Source of the DNA: Trichinella spiralis
Lineage: Eukaryota
DNA: 58,364 bases
NCBI RefSeq assembly: GCF_000181795.1
Contig: NW_003526943.1
Span: 3,625,150-3,683,513 of the forward strand
Direction of reading: 5' to 3'
A model generated the notes under the pieces. It was not told the origin of the DNA. It was given only the letters and a program-made list of their open reading frames with translations, and did not search any database. Below, in pieces: positions 49,028-58,364 of this stretch (positions are counted from its first letter, which is position 1; each line of letters starts with the position of its first letter). The position numbers and the translations under genes were made by a program.

Positions 49028-49538
49028 TCTGAAAAATTTCATGCACACGTACAAAAATCAGTTGAATAATTCGGAAAATCTTTCGTAAAAGTAATTAAAA
49101 ATAGCTGGTAATTGATAAATTAAAATGAAAGAAATACACTAAAGTGCTAATAATATAACTTGTAGTACATCATGCATTAATAAAAGTATAATTTGAAACT
49201 TTGAGCTTCAAAAAAGGTGATACAAGAAAGATTGTCTAAGATTCATATTATTCAAATTTCAAAATAACGGAATACTACATACAGACAAACATTTGACTGA
49301 AATTTCTAAAATGAATAATAATTTCGATGCATCCACGATTAAAAAACAATAAAGATTTCATGCAGCAAACTTTATCAGCACAGTAATTAAAAATTAAGTA
49401 TTATAGTTCATACTGTAATACAGTCAAAATTTATTCTATTAATTATTAATCAAAATGTTGCTAAGACTGCATTTAAAATATTATTATCGCAACATATTAT
49501 GATACACGTTTACGTATGAATATATTTCTCTGGTTTAA

Positions 49539-49914
49539 TGTTACGATCCGCTCTCTCGGGCGGGCTCGTTCGTCACCCCAACACGGCTGCTATCACGGTC
49601 ATCGCTAGGGGACGACGCGCTGGTGACGACCGGCGGGTTCGTCTGCGCGATCATATTTTCCGTCTGGCTGCCGCCGTCCCTGTTGTCCCTTTTCCCCAGT
49701 TCGCGCTTTGCCGGTAATATTCTCGCATCCACAAGACAGATGAAGAGTACAATACTGATGAACAAATACCAACAAGGACCGCCACCGTAAATCTCAAGAA
49801 TCAACAAACACTATCGCTCTGCTCGATACCAACAACCGTACTGCCGTAATCCTTTCCCGATCTTCAAGTATCCATCTGTTTACGGTAGCTTCATTGTTCT
49901 TCCTTTTCGTAATC
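49539..49914. mobile_element. Probable solo-LTR-like retroelement remnant
   Basis: GC-rich ~375-bp island in very AT-rich intergenic DNA. It begins TGTTACGA and ends TCGTAATC, an imperfect inverted match to TCGTAACA. No clear TSD. Confidence 0.4.
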
Positions 49915-52775
49915 TAGACAAATACAGTTGGTTCAGAGTTGTTTCTTTACAGTTGTTTCAAATTAAATTTTCAATTCAAGCATTAAACTAATGAGCAAAA
50001 TAATGGACAGATCGTTTTTGTAAAAGCAGAAATATCCGTTGTAGACGAAAAAAAATATAATCTGCTGTAAAATTAAGTTTATTACATTGAAGGAAGTTGT
50101 AAAATCAACGCATGGAATTTTGAAATAAAATGACTTCAGTTTACTAATTATAAGCATTAATTTTTGCTGATTTATCAGCTTTCTTATGTGTAAAAAGATT
50201 ACAAACAAGAAGGGCGCATATTTTTAAATTAAAAATACCTTTTCATTAACAGATGAATAACTGTCATCAAAAGTTTTTCTTAATTGTTATGAATCGTCTG
50301 TAAATTGGTCGTGTTCTGTTAACTGGTGATAACTGAATATTTTTTTCTTCAATAAAATCACTGCTTTCTACTTTACAGTGTATGAAAAATTGATGAATGA
50401 ACACAAATGAAGAAAATAAAATGCGTCGAACTGCCAAATAATAATGAATAATAAAACATCAAATACAAATTTAAATACATGCGCCATTTCGTGGTGTATC
50501 TTAACTAAAAGTGGTGTTTTCTTTATTGGAATTATGCTACATTGAAATAATACATAACGCCGAGATTCTTTGATTAGTTGCAAATTAAATTAGACAAAGA
50601 TGAATAAATAACAATAAGTGCTGCTTTGTCGTGCTAGAGGGAATAGTGATGACATCACTGATAATTTTAAACATGCTTATAATAATTTTAAGATTAAATC
50701 ATTTTAAACAACATGCTCACTATTTTATAATACAAATTTTGATAATCATATCATTAATTTTCAGTTTCAGATTTTTAGTTTCAGCTTTTTCCCAAGTAGC
50801 ATTGCTTCGTTATTATTCAATCTGAACGAAATTTTGATTTTACAATTTCGAATAACAGATTGTAATTTAATATTATCGATAAAATTACTGTTTTATTTTT
50901 CTTTTTAAATGCCCATAATTCTGAGCAACATTTCAAAAAAAAGGTAGTTCACCATGAAATGATGATGGAAAAAAGCGCAAAGCTGATGTATTTCCATTAA
51001 ACAATTTTCACTTCAACAAAATCCAATTCACTGCCATTTGGGGCTTTTTTACTCAAATTAGCAAAAGTTCCATTCGAAGGGTCAATTTACCCCTCACGTG
51101 CAAGTTAGCATGAATTCAGCAATTCTGTCCTGCAATATTGACTTTTTTCCTATGTTTAATTTTATTCTTCATTTTAAATCAATTTTCCTATTCATCGTTG
51201 TAAATCCATTTTTCACTTCACTTCCCGTGACAAAAATATTAAGATTTTTTTAAAATAAACATCTCAACTCCTTTTCAAAAACTAATTACAGTTAGCATTC
51301 TGCTGGGCCAGGTTTTAGCTGGCAAAAAGTATTCTATTTCTAGTGTGCAATTCTTGTTGTCCATTGCTAAAAATCAAAAATCATTTTAATTTCGCTCTCT
51401 CATTTTTCTTTGCTTCTCATGAACTTCATTTTCAACAGTTTTAGAGTTTTTTTTTTGATTTTGATAAAAGTATTTCTTCCTGCAAGTATAAATGTTTCGA
51501 TTTTATTAATGAAATAAAATTATTACACTCTTTCCTCTTCTATACTGCGTACGTTGTGTTTTCACATTTTATTTTTTCTTTTGCATTACAACTACCACAG
51601 CAAACAACAACAGGAATGCAACGACGTCAATGCGATACAATTGATGCACTGCGCTGCTACAGAATATGTAAAACTTATGCAAATCACTGACGCGTGCAAA
51701 TGTCACACATGCGTTTCAGTTTCAATATTCGAAAGATTAAATTACGATGTCTGCCATCAAAATTACCATCTCTGATGCAAGTAAACCCCGCAAATTTACA
51801 TTCTATTTCAAAGCATCATGTGAAATTAAGGCAAATTACTTTTCTCTTATTATCAAAATACATGGAAATTGAATTATTTACAATTTTAATTAGTTGCCAT
51901 TATTATCCATTGCTGACTGTTGCTCAACACTATGAATAAAAATTATGAGCAAAATTTGATTCCACTGCCAATATATCAATGTGTAACTTAAGCATTAGGT
52001 ATGTATGGTGGTTAAAATTAGAACAAATACTTGCTTATTATTTAACTTTCACATCAAAAAAACTAAAATAACAAGTTATCCGACTCCTCTGATGTAATTT
52101 TCTAAAATGAACCTTAACTTAAACAAAAACTTGGATAGAGCATCTAAATTTAAAGTACCAATAAATCACAATTTCAAATAGTGGACCCACTATTAAAAGT
52201 TTTCCTTTTCTACATTTAAACTAAAATCCCCATGTATATATATTACACTTGCAGACGGCAATGACACATTTGGCAACATACAACACGTTCAAATGTACAA
52301 AATTTTGAAAAATATGCATCAGTATTTCTTAAATTCAAAAAAAAAACTTTCGCAAACTGCATTATATTTTTCATTCATTTTGAAAGATCCAAAACAATTT
52401 TTTAACCTCACTGACAATAATACGTTTTATTAATGTGAGTAAAATAATTAAACGAGGAGAAGACATCGCACGCACCATAATACTAAAGTGAAACGTGGGT
52501 ATAATTTTGTATAATAAAAAGAAAAAGAAATCAAAATGTAAATACTTCACTAAGCATACACGTGGATGCTTTTTAACCTTCACGCTCGTCAATAAGTAAA
52601 CTGAAGTAAATATGCATATATTTGTATAATAAATATATATGTATTTCAGTGTGTATGTGTGTGTGTGTTTGCTTACTTAAAAATCATTAAAAAATTCATC
52701 TTCTAAAGTTTCTCCCATACTGCATACTTAAACATCAAAACACAGACAATCTATTATTTCAGCCGAATATTTTTA

Positions 52776-55700
52776 TCACAAACGCAAACTATTCTTTGCC
52801 TCCTCCGCAAAAAAACGCACGTCATCATCGCCATCTTCCAATAATTTCAGTATAGTTGGTTTAATTTCACTCTGCACCGCCCTATAAAGTTGAAACTATG
52901 AAATAAAAATAAAAATATAATATAATATAATTATTAATTTACGCTGGATCGAAAATTGGCGCAATGCTTTTCAGAGTTTTCGCAACGTTGAAACGGACAT
53001 TCGCAATAGGATCGGTGGCTAACTTCAAAACAGTTGGCAGCAAATGCTTAGCAGTTGCTTCCGAACCACAGACTGGAGCTAGTACCTTGAATATAAACAA
53101 AATATCATGTAATAAATCAAAGCAACAATTCCACCAATTTACAGTGATGCAATTCAGGCAGGTGAGTCGTTGCAAATAATTCGACTGAGAAGCAAGAGCC
53201 AATACTTTGGGAAAAACAGCTCGCTCAGCCCACTGAACTCCAAACTTGCTGACAAGTTCTTTCAAATTGTTCGTTGCCGCCTCGCGTATGGCATAGACTA
53301 AAATTAAATAAAACGTGTAAAATCATAACGCCAAGTTGCAAACAAACAACCAAATGCAACAAACTCTCACCATGATCCGAAAGCCAGTTAATACAATATT
53401 CCAATAATTTCTCATCAAAAAACTGCTGAGCCTGAATATAAAAGCATGAATAGATTTTTTTTAAGAAACAGAAAATCCATTTAAATATTGCAAAATAAGA
53501 ATACTTACCAACTGTCTCGCCAGCAAAGGCATGTATTCAATGATGGCCAAACGAACACGCCATTTCACATCTTCCGCAAGATCAACAATCGCTGGTAACA
53601 AACTGTTTGCCAATTGATTAACTCCAATCACTTCATTGATCTGCAGAATATGAAACACAACCAACATCAACAATCACGTACGGATGCATGTAAAATGCAA
53701 TACAAATCACCTTATCCAGTGATGAAATGATGTTCAATCTAACCTCTGCAGTTTCATCTTTCAACAGCATTAAGTACATTGGAAGAAGATGTTCAACTGT
53801 TCTGAAGAGGATAACAATTTTTCAAATAATAAAATTAAATTTTCAAATTATAAGCGACTACTTTTCTCGTCCAAGCAAGGGCGCCATACCCATGATAACC
53901 GATGCCAAAGAAGTTTTAACATGCTGATTTACGTCGTTCACCAAATCTTTCACACAAGGCAAAACCTGATTGAAAATTAAATTTTCGCGACTTGCTTCAG
54001 GCAGATTTTTACAAAATTCTAAAAAGTAAGCATAACTGAAACAGGTGCAAAAAGCTTTCCTTTTTTAAATAAATATAAAATATTTGAAATAATTTAAATT
54101 ACACTTTACCTATCACTCGCGAAGCAGCAGCGGATCGAACTTCAGCTTCAACATCCTTGAGCAGCGCAATAAATGCGTTCGACAATTCAGTGCACATCGC
54201 TTCCGGACCAACAGCTTTCTGTATCTATAAAAGTAAATAAATAAACAAACAAACAAATGTAGTCATCGAAATAATATTATTAAATGAAAAATAAAAACCA
54301 AAAATCATCTTACATCAGTAAATTTATCGGCTACCATGTATCGAACACGCCACGATTTGTCTTCAGCAAGTCGAATGATAACTGGTCGAAGAGGGTCACA
54401 ATTTTCTGGACGTAACAATTCAGCAACCGTGACGCATCCTTCGACCAGCAACAAACGCACAGAATCGTGATCATCATTGGCGAGTTCAACAAATGCGGTC
54501 ATCAAATCTTGCTTGAAATTGTCAAGTTCCACAACTTTAGCAAATTCTCCAAACTTTGAAGCAGCCGCACGGCGTACCATTGGGGTGTCATCTTTGCAAA
54601 GATTACGAAACAGCCTGAAATTTTCAAATTCCACTTTTTACAATTTAATTTTGCAACTGAATAATTTAATATTTTTTACAATTTACATGCCTAAATTTAC
54701 CATTCAAAAACTGATAACCCCTCATGGAGTAATGCACTAAGGTACAGATTTTCGATCAAATCATAAATGAACTGAAACACTGGCATGAGTAATGAGCAAA
54801 AATCTACATCTGATAATAAAAATTAAATACTGATCATCAATGACATCATCGAATACAACAGTTTACTTAATTTATTCTTGTTTCGTTGTCAGCAGCAAAA
54901 ACTTAACTATAACCGGTTGACTGCATCACAAATAAATGTCACAACTGCCAAGAAATTAATTTTCAAAATGTCACTTATAAGAAGTAAAAATCAAAAAAAA
55001 AATCGCTGCTTCAACAAAATTCACACTTTAATTTAAATAAACAGTCAAGAACTTACATGCGTAACTCGGTTTTTACGGCAGGCGAAACTCTTGGATAAAC
55101 GACACTGAACAACCCGCATGCCGATGTTCGGGCAGTAAACCAATCACCTGGATAAAAAGCATAAATTCCCATGTAAAACCATAATTAAAAAGCATACATA
55201 TTATATATTACATATATATACATATTCACAAACTTCGCTCACCTGCCGCTAAATGACGAACCACAGGAACGAACTTTTCTTCTAAATCATGAACCGAATG
55301 TTTGTCAGCTAAAGTTCTCAATGATTCGACTGCTTTCTCCCGAACAACGGTCTCTTCGACTGTCGCTAAGCTTTCCAACGGGCTCTTTAAAAGTAAAAAT
55401 CATTTCATTCAAATAAAACACCACGTAAATATTCTAGCAAAGACAATCAATACGTCTGTTAAGAAAAAATAAATGTTCCCAGTGAAAAATAATAAGCTGC
55501 AAAATGTAAAATAAAGATGGAAGTAGCATTTAAAAAATTTTTTAAACACCTGAATTTCAATAATAAAATGATACTATAAAATTAATTATCAGATTAAAAT
55601 TCGAAATTAATAAATAAGAAGATTTAATTAATTAAAAACAATTAACTGCATAAAAATTGAAATCAATTCATAGATGAATTGAAAAATTTACAATTCTACA

Positions 55701-56425
55701 CAGTTCCATTATATCTATATTATCATAATAAAGCTATTACTCATCGCATTATACAATTGAATTCAGGAGACCTTCTATTAAAAATAATCAGTAAACAAGT
55801 ATAGACTGTTCGCTATTTGACAAAATTTAAACCCCTTTGTTTACACAGAGTGGATTTCATTGCAAAGTAACCTAACGGTTTTGAAAAAATTGGCAAATCA
55901 AACTCGATTAAAATAAAATATAACAGATTCAACAATTATCAGTTATCATACCAGCAAACAACTGACGTATTCCGGCCCACCGACTAAATGAGTGAAATTT
56001 CCTAGCTGTTCACCCAATGCCAAAAGTACCTCATCTTCGTCATAAATAGTATCTAGGAAAAAAAATTTTTTTCTAAAAAGAGTATTTAAACTAATAAATG
56101 TATAAATACCCGTCAAAAATGGAATTAACTCAGTTCGAGTTCGTTCAGGACCAAGCGCAAGTGCGATCGTCGATAACTTGCGAATACTATTCAGACGTAG
56201 CTATAATAAAACGTCAAAATAAGCAAGTAAATTTGTTCAATTACTAAAATAATTCAATAACCAAAAAGAATAATTAAATATTAGCAGAATAAATAAAGTA
56301 AAAAGATGAACATTTACTTGAACATCCTCATTTCGAAGTTCGTCAATTAAAATTGCTATAGGATACAATGAGTCGCTATCTTTAGAAGCACTCGGTGAAA
56401 TACCAGTATCCATAGCGGCCGTCAT
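52776..56425 (-). CDS. PPP2R1A: Serine/threonine-protein phosphatase 2A 65 kDa scaffold subunit A (paa-1), ~14 exons
   Basis: [41 protein letters not shown]..., [67 protein letters not shown] and [17 protein letters not shown]. The HEAT series appears complete. Confidence 0.97.
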
Positions 56426-58271
56426 ATCATAAAAAACAATACGAGCCAAAGTCAACAGACAGACTACAACTGACAATAAAGCGTAGCTACATTGTGACAT
56501 TCAAGTACATACAGCATTCTTTTAAAAGAAGTTTAAGTAAGTGAACCAAATAGACATAAAAAGGCTTAAAATAATGTTATATTTAAAAATATAATTTATT
56601 ATTAATTAATTATTTGTGGAATATGCATTGCGCATTTAATTTATAAATATATTCAAATTTTATTTTAAAACAAAATTTTCCGCAATCTTAATTATGAGTA
56701 GTATTATTAAACTGAAATTTATTTCAATTTAAGTTATTCATTAATGCAAAAATATTATTTTATAATAAACTGTATTGATTATTGATGTTCATAGTTTCAC
56801 GCATGTATGATGCTTAAAATCCAAAGTAAAAAAACAAATTTTAAAATAAATAAAATATTTTTTAATAATACTATTTTTTAAGCAATTTGTCTTAAAATTA
56901 AAAGTGAAATGCATTCTTACAAAGAAATATTCTTACTGTACTTTGTTCTATTTCTTTAAATTTTAATTTCTACATAATTTATGCATTTAATTATAATTTA
57001 AAATAATTTTATTTATAGAATGATTTTATTAAATTTATATTATTATTTTACATAAATTGTAATATAGTGCGTTATTAAACTAATTGTTATGACAGCATCA
57101 ACATCAGCCCTAGGCAGTGGCAAAAGGCAAATTGCTGTTATAAAATGATATTTAGTAATGAAGTAATAACTTCTGGTATAAATGTAATTCTAAACAAAGG
57201 TATAAACAGAGGTACTGCGTTTGTTAAAGCAACAGTTCATTGAAATCAAATTTACATATTAAATTTCACAGTTAATAATTTTAGACTATGCACTAAATGT
57301 TCTGCATGTTTAATTTGCTACACTAACCGTTTTGTATATTTTCAGTAAAACGTTACAAAACAATAATAATAATAAACTGTTTTTATTTTACTAAAATAAT
57401 CATTTAATAAAAGATGATTTCACGAAAAACAGAATTGTAATTTTAATAAATGATGTTAAATGCTCATTACGTGATAATTAAATGTTTCTGTTAAGACATC
57501 TGATAAATTTCATTTGTTTGAGAAAAATCATTTCTGTTTAAAAAACCAGTAAAAAGTGCTAAATGTTAGATCAAAATAAGGTTACATAATATAAGAGAAT
57601 ATTTATGCTATCATATAAAAATATTTTAATTTCACTTATTAAACTCTATTTTGCATTTTAAAGAGAGTTAATATTAGATAACTGTTTTCTATGAATGTAA
57701 CTTCCGTGAGAAGAGTATCCTGTGTGCACATCCACTGAATGCACTTTCTCTACATCAGTGAGCACAGTTAACGTTACATTGTTTTAACAGTTTCGTGTTG
57801 GTATAGCATATTTTAGTTGTAGAAAGAAACTTCTGGAATAAATATTTCTTTTATTTTCATGTTCATTGTCGTTGTAACTAATAAGTAGAACTGTTTCTCA
57901 CTGTTTGAATATTGATCAAAGCATTTCTATTATTTCATTAGTTAATGATATGAAATTAAATTTAACTAATTAAAAATGAATCACTCAATTAAATTTATTC
58001 AAAATAAGCATAATAATCCGAATATTAATGAAAATATGAGCATTCACCTTTTGCATAAACTATTGGTAAATTTTAAACAAAAACTAATGCACAAGAAAAA
58101 AGTTTATATAAAATGAATTTTATTAATCCACTAAAGTGATGAACAACAGTTAAGTAAAATGAAATATTTTGTTAATTTTAGATTAATTTTCAACTAAAAC
58201 TATAGAAATTTACTTACAAATCATTACTTACTGTAGCGAGCAAAATTATTTAATCAGTATTTTGTTTGGCA

Positions 58272-58364
58272 ATGGGAAAAGAAAAGAAACATATAAAGGA
58301 AGAAACTGTTGGAGTTTCTGAAACAGAAATATCAGTGCCTGCTATTGATTTGATGATACAAACG
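58272..58364 (+). CDS. Possible 5' end of a gene running off the window (MGKEKKHIKEETVGVSETEISVPAIDLMIQT...)
   Basis: ATG followed by a frame open to the window end with coding-like composition, divergent from the PP2A-A gene. Too short to identify. Confidence 0.4.
   Translation, partial: MGKEKKHIKEETVGVSETEISVPAIDLMIQT

Noticed and set aside
50368..52592. Several short ORFs between PELP1 and PP2A-A
   Set aside because: AT-rich Phe/Ile/Leu-biased chance ORFs, mostly without ATG starts or splice support.

Overview
AT-rich, gene-dense eukaryotic DNA with many short (~50-70 nt) GT-AG introns and TTTCAG-type acceptors. The gene content and intron style suggest a nematode, probably Trichinella-like; this is inference. 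In order the window holds: FMC1 (-); a full-length but disabled Buster/Charlie-type hAT transposon with intact TIRs and 8-bp TSD; RAD9 (+); a Death-domain + SEFIR (ACT1/actl-1-like) adaptor (-); MPP10 (+); a spliced gene, largely missed by the ORF track, encoding four divergent homeodomains (+); BRF1 (-); RPN12/PSMD8 (+); a secreted, probably GPI-anchored Cys-rich protein (-); a ZSWIM3-N/MULE-derived zinc-binding gene (+); tRNA-Leu(AAG); AVL9 (-) with an intronless TTBK/CK1 kinase nested antisense in its largest intron; a four-SH2, kinase-less protein (-); PELP1 (-); an LTR-like GC island; PP2A scaffold subunit A (-); and a possible gene start at the right edge. The most notable observations are the 4-homeodomain and 4-SH2 genes (both ABAB modular duplications visible in exon phases), the nested kinase, an intergenic pre-miRNA-like hairpin, and an LTR/PBS-like segment abutting the transposase start codon. 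No prokaryote-type system (CRISPR etc.) is present. Gene models were spliced by eye and family calls rest on remembered motifs, not database searches.
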